Of a DNA stretch of 64,000 bases, positions 8,790 to 17,490 are shown in pieces. Position 1 is the stretch's first letter. Each line of letters starts with the position of its first letter. The stretch is from the IMG/VR virus record IMGVR_UViG_3300032242_001844; one strand, written 5' to 3'. A model generated the notes under the pieces. The model had not been told where the DNA came from and made no database searches. It saw nothing but the letters and a program-made list of their open reading frames with translations. A program made the translations under genes and the position numbers. Source of the stretch: a virus.

Positions 8790-10193
8790 ATGGCAAAAAC
8801 ATACGACGCACAAATTCAAAAGCTATTCATTGAAATGATGCTGAGCGATCCGCAAAGTTATGTGCGCGTTCAAAATATTTTTAATCCAAATAACTTTGAT
8901 CGTAGTTTAAAGGGCGCAGCCGAATTTATCAAAGAACATTGCGAAAAGCATACTATTATGCCGCTGCATGAGCAAATTAATGCTGCCACCAATAATACAT
9001 TTCAACCAATTTCTGGAATGACAGATGACCATACCTCTTGGTTTTTAGATGAGTTTGAGGGATTTACTAGACAAAAAGAACTTGAACGAGCAATTCTTGC
9101 TGCTGCTGACTTGCTTGAAAAAGGCGATTTTGATCCTGTTGAAAAATTAATCAAGGATGCAGTGCAAATTAGCTTGACCAAAGACCTTGGAACAGATTAT
9201 TTTGCTGACCCCAAAGCCCGATTGATGAAGATTAAAGATAATAATGGACAGGTTAGTACAGGTTGGAATGCGCTTGACCAGAAGTTATTTGGCGGATTTA
9301 ATAAGGGTGAGTTGAATATATTTGCAGGTGGTTCTGGTTCAGGGAAGTCACTATTCATGCAAAATATTGCAGTTAACTGGATGCAACTTGGTCTCAATGG
9401 CGTTTATATTACGCTGGAATTAAGTGAAGAACTAACTTCTATGCGTATTGATAGTATGATTACTAATATTCCAAGTAAGGATATCTTCAGAGATATTGAT
9501 AATGTAGATATGAAGGTTATCATGATGGGTAAAAAGAGTGGTAAGTTACAAATCAAATATTTGCCAGCGCAAAGCAATATCAACGATGTTCGTGCTTATA
9601 TTAAAGAACTGCAAATCCGCAGCGGTCGTCGTGTAGATTTTGTTATGATTGATTATCTTGATTTGCTAATGCCTGTTAGTGCAAAGGTTAGCCCAAGTGA
9701 TTTGTTTGTCAAGGACAAGTATGTAAGTGAGGAAATTCGTAATTTTGCCAAGGAAATGCAAATCTTATTGGTTACAGCATCGCAGTTAAATCGTGCAAGT
9801 GTTGAAGAAGTAGAGTTTGACCACAGTCATATTAGTGGCGGTATTTCAAAAATTAATACTGCAGACAATCTATTCGGCATTTTTACAACACGCAGTATGC
9901 GTGAACACGGCAAATATCAACTTCAAATTATGAAAACTCGTAGCAGCAGTGGCGTTGGACAAAAGGTTGAACTTGAATTTGATATTGATAGTTTGCGTAT
10001 TCGCGATCTTCCAGATGACGATAGCCAAACATCTCAGTTCAAGAAACCATCAAATACTATCTTCGACGGTCTCAAAACTGGCAGTGTTGTAAGGTCGGCT
10101 GGCAACATTGATACTGAATCTAGTAAAGTCACGGCAACAGTCGATAGCAGCAGATTAAAAAGCATGTTAGCTAATATTAAATCTTCAAAATAA
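8790..10193 (+). CDS. replicative DnaB-like helicase (T4 gp41-like)
   Basis: GGSGSGKS, LELSE, IDYLDL, ASQLNR, KTR motifs. Confidence 0.92.
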   Translation: MAKTYDAQIQKLFIEMMLSDPQSYVRVQNIFNPNNFDRSLKGAAEFIKEHCEKHTIMPLHEQINAATNNTFQPISGMTDDHTSWFLDEFEGFTRQKELERAILAAADLLEKGDFDPVEKLIKDAVQISLTKDLGTDYFADPKARLMKIKDNNGQVSTGWNALDQKLFGGFNKGELNIFAGGSGSGKSLFMQNIAVNWMQLGLNGVYITLELSEELTSMRIDSMITNIPSKDIFRDIDNVDMKVIMMGKKSGKLQIKYLPAQSNINDVRAYIKELQIRSGRRVDFVMIDYLDLLMPVSAKVSPSDLFVKDKYVSEEIRNFAKEMQILLVTASQLNRASVEEVEFDHSHISGGISKINTADNLFGIFTTRSMREHGKYQLQIMKTRSSSGVGQKVELEFDIDSLRIRDLPDDDSQTSQFKKPSNTIFDGLKTGSVVRSAGNIDTESSKVTATVDSSRLKSMLANIKSSK

Positions 10194-10211
10194 TGACAAC
10201 ATAAATATGTT

Positions 10212-10982
10212 ATGTTTAAAGAATTAGAAGATTTTGTTGATTTAAGTCATATTGACATTGATTTTAATAAATTTAGAAGCCAAGTAGTTAAACATCATTT
10301 TGAATGTTTTAATTTAACAGGAAATAATAGAATTTGGCTAAGAACGCATGACACATCTTTACCTATAGAAAAACAAATTAACCCAAACAAAACAACAGTA
10401 ACAAGTTTGTCCATTGATCAGTTAGATGATTTTAGTACTGTTGATTGGAATATCTTAATAGAAAATTTTAGATTAGTAAAACCAGAAAATTTTACACATT
10501 ATACAACACTGTTGACCGAAAAATTTCCATATATTATAGAAGTTCTAGATAAGGTAGAAAAATTTTCAAATATTAAATTTAGAATTATTAATAGTTCTTT
10601 GATGAAACCAAGTTCATCGTTGGATTTTCATATTGATTATGGGACAGATAGGTTACATATACCAATAGTGACGCAGATTCCAGAATGTTTTTTTTATGTA
10701 AAAGATAGTTTTGTTACAATGCCAAGCTATACCAAATTATACAAGTTACATACAAACACTGTTCACAATGCATTTAACACGGGAAAGAAAGATAGATTGC
10801 ATCTTATTTTTAATAATGCTGAACAAGAAGTAATTTATGACACAAGAGAAAAAATAATTGAATTACATAGCAAATTAAAAGATATGGCCAATGATCGTTT
10901 AAAAAATATAGATAGAGTTGATTTGTTATTAAATCCAGCATATTATAGTAAACTATTAAAAAACCAGCACAAGATGCAATAA
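10212..10982 (+). CDS. 2OG-Fe(II) oxygenase, Asp/Asn beta-hydroxylase-like
   Basis: HID...RLHIPI...H.AFN....RLHLIF facial-triad pattern; AT-rich. Confidence 0.7.
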   Translation: MFKELEDFVDLSHIDIDFNKFRSQVVKHHFECFNLTGNNRIWLRTHDTSLPIEKQINPNKTTVTSLSIDQLDDFSTVDWNILIENFRLVKPENFTHYTTLLTEKFPYIIEVLDKVEKFSNIKFRIINSSLMKPSSSLDFHIDYGTDRLHIPIVTQIPECFFYVKDSFVTMPSYTKLYKLHTNTVHNAFNTGKKDRLHLIFNNAEQEVIYDTREKIIELHSKLKDMANDRLKNIDRVDLLLNPAYYSKLLKNQHKMQ

Positions 10983-11079
10983 ATTTAACACCACGGATAT
11001 ATTTTTATGCATTGTTATATGTTGTTCTTTATTATTTTTTAAAGCAACTATTCAATAAATATCCGTGGAGTAATAAAAT

Positions 11080-11328
11080 TTGCGTAAACAAACTCGCTCA
11101 ATATTAGACGAATTAAGTTCACTGACCATTAATAAAAATTCTGGTTTAGTGTTGGAGAGTCGTGCAAACCATATTATCAATAGTGCAATAAATTTAATTA
11201 CGCAAATACGAGAAAATTATGATACTCCAGAAGCAGATGAACTTGAACGCAGATTAATTAATAGTATTCGTGGACAAGACCCTGCTAAATTTATTCGAGG
11301 TCTTAGGAAGATAAATGAGAGCCGTTGA
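11080..11328 (+). CDS. conserved phage hypothetical protein
   Basis: TTG start with GGAG RBS; TAAATA upstream. Confidence 0.7.
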   Translation: MRKQTRSILDELSSLTINKNSGLVLESRANHIINSAINLITQIRENYDTPEADELERRLINSIRGQDPAKFIRGLRKINESR

Positions 11329-12460
11329 GTTTTTGACAGAATTAACAAAGCCAGGAGAACCACCGCAAGTAGGCAGTCCTGAATTTAAAGCTACAGCAGA
11401 ATCAATGAAGAAATTCATTAACTATGCTATTTCTGAATATTCAAAAACCGTTGCTTTGCGAAATCAAAAAGACCCACGGGTTGGTCAAGGAATTTCTAAG
11501 CAACCAATGCAACTTGCCAAAGGCATTGAAGACGCAGTTTATGTCAATCTTAAGAAAATGGGCGCTGGCTTTATTACTGACACTGATATTGAGCGATTTA
11601 AAGAATATTTCTTAGGCAGTGCTGGCGCTACTGGTGGAGAACAACCCGCAGGTGCTGCTGGTGCTAATAAAGATACCAGTGCTGCTGGTGGTGCTGCAGC
11701 AGGTGCCGCTACTGGCGGAGAACAAAAACAACAAACTATACCACGAGGCGCTGAAGTAGAAATTGGTAAATCTCGTTCAGCAGGTGGCGGTGTAGCAAAA
11801 TATCGTTGGGAAGGCGCTAAGTGGGCAGAAGTTTCGCCTAGAACTGGTGGCAGCGGCAAGTTTGCCAATGAAAAAGTTGCGCAAGAACTTACTCGTCGTT
11901 ACTTCTCAAAGACAAAAGAACCAGCAACTGGCAGCATGACTCCTGACCAAATAAAAGCTGCAGCGGCTGCTAAATCACCAGAAGATTTAAAAGCTAAAAC
12001 TCCACAGCCTATAACCGTTGGTGGTGAAACAATTAAGCCAAGTGATCCTCGCTATGCTGAAATTACTAAAAGATTAAACAGCAGTGTATACAGAAATCCT
12101 AGTAATATTATCAGTGAAGCTGCGGTTTCTTTTGATTCATCAACTAGTCTAATATCAGTTGATCCAGAACTAATTGATAAATTGGCAAATGATGCCGCTG
12201 AAACTTGGTACAAGAATCGCAAATGGTCAAATGATAATCCAGGAAAAAGTTTAGATTCTGGCGCTGGCAGTGAAACTGGTTCTAGCGGTGGGTTATCAAA
12301 TCGTAACATCCAGCTATTGAAATATGTTGGTCTTGATCCTAATAGTCCAAATATTGCTCAAACATTGGCAAATACACTAGCTGATCCAAATAAAAGAGAA
12401 GCAGTAGCTAAATCACTTGCTAGACAGGGTATAATGCCGCAGAAGAGTAATACCCCATAA
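11315..12460 (+). CDS. putative internal head protein
   Basis: N-terminus MRAVEFLTE resembles a capsid-targeting peptide; low-complexity G/A region. Confidence 0.55.
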   Translation: MRAVEFLTELTKPGEPPQVGSPEFKATAESMKKFINYAISEYSKTVALRNQKDPRVGQGISKQPMQLAKGIEDAVYVNLKKMGAGFITDTDIERFKEYFLGSAGATGGEQPAGAAGANKDTSAAGGAAAGAATGGEQKQQTIPRGAEVEIGKSRSAGGGVAKYRWEGAKWAEVSPRTGGSGKFANEKVAQELTRRYFSKTKEPATGSMTPDQIKAAAAAKSPEDLKAKTPQPITVGGETIKPSDPRYAEITKRLNSSVYRNPSNIISEAAVSFDSSTSLISVDPELIDKLANDAAETWYKNRKWSNDNPGKSLDSGAGSETGSSGGLSNRNIQLLKYVGLDPNSPNIAQTLANTLADPNKREAVAKSLARQGIMPQKSNTP

Positions 12461-12518
12461 ATCATAATTATGTATAAATAATAGTAGCGTAATAGACGCA
12501 ATATTTTGGAGAATTAAA

Positions 12519-12899
12519 ATGGCAGATTTTTATCGTACAACTGGTAACGCTGGTCCTGCTGGTAGCATGATCAGCTTCATCGGTAAAACCCCACTTGCAG
12601 TTGCAGGTTATGTTGCAGCAAGCGGTGGCACAGCACAAGACCTTCGTGGTGAATTAGGCATTAACTATGCAGTTCCTGCAATCCTAAATGTCCTTGAATC
12701 AAATGTCACTGTTCTTGCTTATCAGATTGAAAACACTTCTGGTGGTAACATCAGTCTACTTCTTGAAGGTGCTTCACACTTCGCTGCAAGCGACATTCAA
12801 GGTATCATTCGTAGCGCAGGTACAACTGTTGGTAACAACAGCGTTGATGTTACTGGCACAATGATTGCAGCTCGTGGTTTCAAGCTAAGCTATACTTAA
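12519..12899 (+). CDS. putative highly expressed virion protein
   Basis: TATAAATA late promoter, GGAG RBS, own terminator, small-residue-rich sequence. Confidence 0.6.
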   Translation: MADFYRTTGNAGPAGSMISFIGKTPLAVAGYVAASGGTAQDLRGELGINYAVPAILNVLESNVTVLAYQIENTSGGNISLLLEGASHFAASDIQGIIRSAGTTVGNNSVDVTGTMIAARGFKLSYT

Positions 12900-12926
12900 T
12901 ATATCACAGATATATTAAACAAGTTC

Positions 12927-12949
12927 AAGGGCGAGCAATCGCCCTTTTT
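12927..12949 (+). terminator. rho-independent terminator
   Basis: AAGGGCGA-GCAA-TCGCCCTT followed by a T run. Confidence 0.85.
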
Positions 12950-12982
12950 CTTTGTCTAAAATTCATTACTATAAGTAAAAAC

Positions 12983-13348
12983 ATGATTAGATGTATGACA
13001 TTATTTGATATTACCAGAAATGGTGACTATCATGCCGCAGACCAACTTAAAAATTGGCACACTTTGCTGCAAGCAATTAATATAAAATCTATTCCTACTA
13101 TTCAATCTTATCCTAGAAAATTTTTTCGTAATACAGATGGGCTAGGATTTGGTAAAAAATATAGTGGTCATGAAGAAATCTGGATGTTTGATTTCAATAT
13201 AGATAACTTTGATGGTGATATAACTGAGTTAGAAAACAATATTGACCTTATACCAATGATTACTGGTTTAGAAGAAACTGCTAAAAACCTTGAACATTAT
13301 ACTGTTGCACAAGGAGATAACCAAAATATAGTGTTTTTATTATTATAA
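12983..13348 (+). CDS. hypothetical protein
   Basis: 121-aa ORF. Confidence 0.65.
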   Translation: MIRCMTLFDITRNGDYHAADQLKNWHTLLQAINIKSIPTIQSYPRKFFRNTDGLGFGKKYSGHEEIWMFDFNIDNFDGDITELENNIDLIPMITGLEETAKNLEHYTVAQGDNQNIVFLLL

Positions 13349-13372
13349 GTGTCATAATAAATAATATTTGCA

Positions 13373-13660
13373 ATGCATGGAGTTGTTATGGCAAAGAAAC
13401 CATATGAAATAGAGCGAACCAGTTTAGAAGCGCATGTCGATATCTGTGCAGAGCGTTATGAACAAATGGATACGAAAATGGATACTATGGAAGCAAGACT
13501 TGCAAAAGTTGAAACCATAGTCAGCGAAATTAAATCTATGTTAATCGAAAAAGAAACTTTGGCTTATAAAAAACTCGTTGGCTTAGGAATTGGCATTATT
13601 GGCTCACTATTAACGGCACTTTTGGGACTTATTTTATATGTTGCAAAAGCACATACTTAA
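13373..13660 (+). CDS. coiled-coil protein with C-terminal TM helix (XhlA/holin-like); start possibly 13388
   Basis: Heptad region followed by hydrophobic GLGIGIIGSLLTALLGLILYV. Confidence 0.55.
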   Translation: MHGVVMAKKPYEIERTSLEAHVDICAERYEQMDTKMDTMEARLAKVETIVSEIKSMLIEKETLAYKKLVGLGIGIIGSLLTALLGLILYVAKAHT

Positions 13661-13696
13661 TTGACATAAGAGACAGCGTTATGCTATTATAATATT

Positions 13697-14134
13697 ATGA
13701 TAGATGAAACCGCAACTCTTAACAAAATTAAACAATTCGTCACGGAAGAATACAGTCACCTATCTCAAAAAGGAGCAGTGATTGTAAAATCCGTGGGGAA
13801 CGGATATCTTGTCAATGGTATCAATGTAAAACTTGTAGATAACTTGTGGCAAGTAACAAACGGCAAATCGATTATTGCCAAATTGCGTCAACGACGGGTA
13901 GCTATATTGCTTGCGGCATTGGCAAGTAAACGATATTATCGTGATATTCAACGAGCGACAGTAATTGATAAACAGTTAGACATTTATCTTGGCGATAAGC
14001 AAATGTATTCTATAAGATATAAAGCTAATCCAGATAACCAAATATATGCAGATAGGCTTGTTAATGTTGAAACTGAATTAGAATTGTTAGATCAACAGTT
14101 ACACGAATTAGAGAAAACTGTCTCACTGCAATAA
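13697..14134 (+). CDS. hypothetical protein
   Basis: Preceded by TTGACA-18-TATTAT; leaderless. Confidence 0.65.
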   Translation: MIDETATLNKIKQFVTEEYSHLSQKGAVIVKSVGNGYLVNGINVKLVDNLWQVTNGKSIIAKLRQRRVAILLAALASKRYYRDIQRATVIDKQLDIYLGDKQMYSIRYKANPDNQIYADRLVNVETELELLDQQLHELEKTVSLQ

Positions 14135-14160
14135 ATACTATTAAATGTAAGGACATTACT

Positions 14161-15099
14161 ATGTTTGTTAAAGAATTTGGAAGTGTTTCAGCCACTGAGT
14201 TGAATCAACAGTTGAACAAGGTTTATCGTTGGCAGTTAAACTTAAATACTATCACCGAAAACGATGCATCACAAATGTTGCAAACTATTGGTAGCAAAAT
14301 CAGAAAGATTAAAAGCACTAGCCAAGCTCATCATGCAGAGCGAAATCCACAATATATGGAAGCTGTAATGGTCGGAAAAATTTTAGAAACTTGGAAGAAT
14401 GAAATGGCAACAAAACGCACTCGTCTTAGTGAAGCAATGCGCAGAATTGATCGTTTTTGTGCGATAAATCTTAACGAACGCGAATTGACGCCAACTGAAT
14501 TAAAGAAGCGTGAGCACTACAAGGGTGCACTCGAAAAGCGCAAAGGTGAATTTAGCAAGCGTTATGGACCTCGTGGTGATGAAGTAATGTATGCTACTGC
14601 TACTAAGATGGCAAAGAATGAAAGCTATACTCTTCCACCTGCACTTACCGAGGGTGAGATTGAACAAGCCCGTGTTACCATGGCTGCTCGTGACCTTGCA
14701 GATAGCGTACAAGACATCGTTGAAAAAATCAGCGATATGCAGAACGAAAAACTTCCAGCACTTGTTAGCGCAATGAAGGATCAGATTGGCATGGACCAAG
14801 CTAACCAGTTCAGCGAAGCAACTAAGACAACTCTTTCTACTCTGCTAGATGCAGCAAATAGTGCTCGTGATGCTCTTGACAATGCTAGCCGTGCAGTTAG
14901 TGGCGGTCAACCTATGGACATGGGCGGTGGCGATGATATGGGCAGTGATATGGGCGGAGAACCAGCGCCAGATATGAATAATCCAGTAGATAGGGACGAA
15001 GCAATAACGCCGCCTCGTGATAATACCAGCGAACTTGATGCAGCAGATGCTGCTGCTGGCGGAGTTGGCGCTGAAATGGGCCGTGGTCGCAGAGCATAA
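14161..15099 (+). CDS. putative prohead core/scaffold-like protein
   Basis: Helical with an acidic tail, several LxE sites, TAAATA promoter, AAGGA RBS. Confidence 0.5.
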   Translation: MFVKEFGSVSATELNQQLNKVYRWQLNLNTITENDASQMLQTIGSKIRKIKSTSQAHHAERNPQYMEAVMVGKILETWKNEMATKRTRLSEAMRRIDRFCAINLNERELTPTELKKREHYKGALEKRKGEFSKRYGPRGDEVMYATATKMAKNESYTLPPALTEGEIEQARVTMAARDLADSVQDIVEKISDMQNEKLPALVSAMKDQIGMDQANQFSEATKTTLSTLLDAANSARDALDNASRAVSGGQPMDMGGGDDMGSDMGGEPAPDMNNPVDRDEAITPPRDNTSELDAADAAAGGVGAEMGRGRRA

Positions 15100-15100
15100 T

Positions 15101-15442
15101 ATGAAACTTTTTGAAGTTGCTCCAGATTTTGTAAAAGGTGAACAAGCATTTCTCATGACAATTTTACAATATCTGCAGAGTAAAGCGAAACCAGGTGAAA
15201 AAATTCCAATGGCAAACATTGCTCGTTTAATGAATAATGCTGGTTATCAATTTAATTTTGATATCTTACAAGATATGATGGCAGATGAAGAAAACACTGG
15301 CTTAAAAGATATGATTGGCGATGCAAATCAAGACAGCATTACGCTAGGTAAAAAATCTCCTGCCGATGATGAGTCGCTAGATGATAATAATGCGGAAGAA
15401 AAAACCGTAGATCAGATGGCAAGTAACGCAGCTAAGTTCTAA
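15101..15442 (+). CDS. hypothetical protein (MKLFEV...)
   Basis: Start immediately after the upstream stop; acidic C-terminus. Confidence 0.65.
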   Translation: MKLFEVAPDFVKGEQAFLMTILQYLQSKAKPGEKIPMANIARLMNNAGYQFNFDILQDMMADEENTGLKDMIGDANQDSITLGKKSPADDESLDDNNAEEKTVDQMASNAAKF

Positions 15443-15452
15443 TAAATACTTA

Positions 15453-16364
15453 ATGCGCGTTGATGATATAGACCAGCTTACATATTTTCATGATAAACTT
15501 AATCCACAACTGTGGGATAATAATCGCTTGAAGCCGCAAGTTCGTCTTGCTCTTTTTAAAATTGCTAAAGAGTTCATCGCTTTTATTAACATTGCAGATA
15601 TTAAACTAACTGATATTACTGTTAGCGGTAGCAATGCTTCATTTAATTACACTTCAATGAGCGACATAGATTTGCATTTAATTGCAGATATTAATGGTCC
15701 ATGTGAAGTAGACCTTAAAGAAATGTTTCTTGCTAAGAAAAGTGCGTTTAATGATCAGCATGACATATCTATATTTGGTCATTCCGTCGAAGTATATGTA
15801 CAGAACAGTGATGAAAAACATATCTCTAATGGCATATATAGCGTATATGATGATAATTGGGTAAAATTTCCAAAGAAAATTACAGCAACGCCTGACACTT
15901 CTAATATTGAAGACAAGTATGAATATCTTCATAATGAAATTGATCAAGCAATAGACAGCGGTGATAGCGAAACAATTAATAGATTAAAGAAAAAAATTAA
16001 AACGATGCGCCAAAGTGGTCTTGAAAAAGATGGTGAATTTGGTGTTGATAACCTTGCATTTAAATTGCTACGCAATGTTGGCGATATAGAAAAATTATAT
16101 AAAGCTGGAACTCAAGCAACCGATGTTGAATTAAGTATAAGTGAAGGTAATGCTTTCTTAGGTGCATTAAATACTGCTAGAAAAAATAATTTAGAATATT
16201 TTATAGTTGATGGAAAAAAATACAAAGTTAAAAAAAATAAAAAATTAGTTAAAGAAGAAGAACTATTAGAGAAGTGGAGCAAAAAGTACAAAAGTAGTAT
16301 AAATTGTTCTCGTCCAAAAGGTTTTAGTCAACAGGCACACTGTGCTGGTCGTAAAAAGAAATAA
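15453..16364 (+). CDS. Pol-beta superfamily nucleotidyltransferase
   Basis: GS.......SDIDLH motif plus downstream VEVYVQ third acidic residue. Confidence 0.75.
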   Translation: MRVDDIDQLTYFHDKLNPQLWDNNRLKPQVRLALFKIAKEFIAFINIADIKLTDITVSGSNASFNYTSMSDIDLHLIADINGPCEVDLKEMFLAKKSAFNDQHDISIFGHSVEVYVQNSDEKHISNGIYSVYDDNWVKFPKKITATPDTSNIEDKYEYLHNEIDQAIDSGDSETINRLKKKIKTMRQSGLEKDGEFGVDNLAFKLLRNVGDIEKLYKAGTQATDVELSISEGNAFLGALNTARKNNLEYFIVDGKKYKVKKNKKLVKEEELLEKWSKKYKSSINCSRPKGFSQQAHCAGRKKK

Positions 16365-16381
16365 ATAACACGGAGCGATAA

Positions 16382-16720
16382 ATGTTTAATGCTACAAATG
16401 CCAGAATTGCAAGTGTTGATAGTGTAGTTGTTGAAACTGAACTTGCGTTAATTAATATTAATATTATTAATGCTGTTGACAATAACCAAACATCTGTTCA
16501 GATTAAAGGCAATACATATACCATGGTAAGTGGCGCAAATATTGCTGGTACCCCAATGACTCTTGATCCAAATTATTACAGCACTTGGCAAACTACAAAT
16601 AGTAACTTATTATGCGCTGCTCAAATGACCGCTGTTATAAACAATTTTTCTGCATTAGGTTATACTGTAAGTCGTCTAAGTCTAGATGGGACGCATATAT
16701 CTTGGCAGATTAGCTGGTAA
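16382..16720 (+). CDS. hypothetical (probable virion) protein
   Basis: TAAATA promoter and GGAG RBS. Confidence 0.6.
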   Translation: MFNATNARIASVDSVVVETELALININIINAVDNNQTSVQIKGNTYTMVSGANIAGTPMTLDPNYYSTWQTTNSNLLCAAQMTAVINNFSALGYTVSRLSLDGTHISWQISW

Positions 16721-16763
16721 AAAAACCACTTGACATCTGGCAATTTTGTGTTATATTAATAAT

Positions 16764-17459
16764 ATGACAAATCCATATGTAACGCACAATCCGCTGTATG
16801 ATTATAAACAAATCACACGAAAAGAAACTGTTGAAGGTCGTAGATATCAAACGCCAGAAGGCGATGTTGTTGCTAGCGTAACCACCATTCTTGATAAGAC
16901 AAAGAGTGAAGAAAAGAAGAAATCATTATACGAGTGGAAAAAGCGTGTAGGTACGGTAAAAGCACAAGCTATTACTACTGAAGCCGCTGGTCGTGGAACT
17001 TCAATGCATAAGCAGTTAGAAAATTGGCTTGAAACTGGAGAATTAAAAACAGGCAGTAATTTAGTTCATGCTGATGCTGCTAAGATGGCAACTACTATCA
17101 TTGAAAATTATATGAAAGGTCAGATGCAAGAGTATTGGGGCATGGAAACTGCGCTATACTATCCGCAACTTTATGCTGGCACAACTGACCTTGTAGGTGT
17201 TTATAATGGTAAACCAAGTATTATAGACTATAAACAAACTAATAAGCCTAAGAAAACTGAATGGATTTCGGATTACTTTATCCAAGGTGCCGCATATGCT
17301 GCTGCACATAACGAGTTGTTTGGCACAGACATATCACAAATTGTAATCTTAATGTGTAGTAAAGACTGTGAACCACAGCGTTGGATTATTTGTGGTGAAG
17401 AGTTTGATAAATGGACAGAAATTTGGTGGGACAGACTTTGGCAGTTCTATGCTGAATAA
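16764..17459 (+). CDS. PD-(D/E)XK exonuclease (Cas4/MGME1-like phage exonuclease)
   Basis: SVTTIL, RGTSMH, E..L, YAGTTDLV, IIDYKQ, Q..AY motifs; start set by the leaderless promoter. Confidence 0.85.
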   Translation: MTNPYVTHNPLYDYKQITRKETVEGRRYQTPEGDVVASVTTILDKTKSEEKKKSLYEWKKRVGTVKAQAITTEAAGRGTSMHKQLENWLETGELKTGSNLVHADAAKMATTIIENYMKGQMQEYWGMETALYYPQLYAGTTDLVGVYNGKPSIIDYKQTNKPKKTEWISDYFIQGAAYAAAHNELFGTDISQIVILMCSKDCEPQRWIICGEEFDKWTEIWWDRLWQFYAE

Positions 17460-17490
17460 CCATAAATATCTCTAAAGAGAGATATTCCAT

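Noticed and set aside
16764-17459. Cas4/CRISPR system
   Set aside because: No Fe-S cysteine pattern, no other cas genes and no repeat-spacer array seen; it is an ordinary phage exonuclease.
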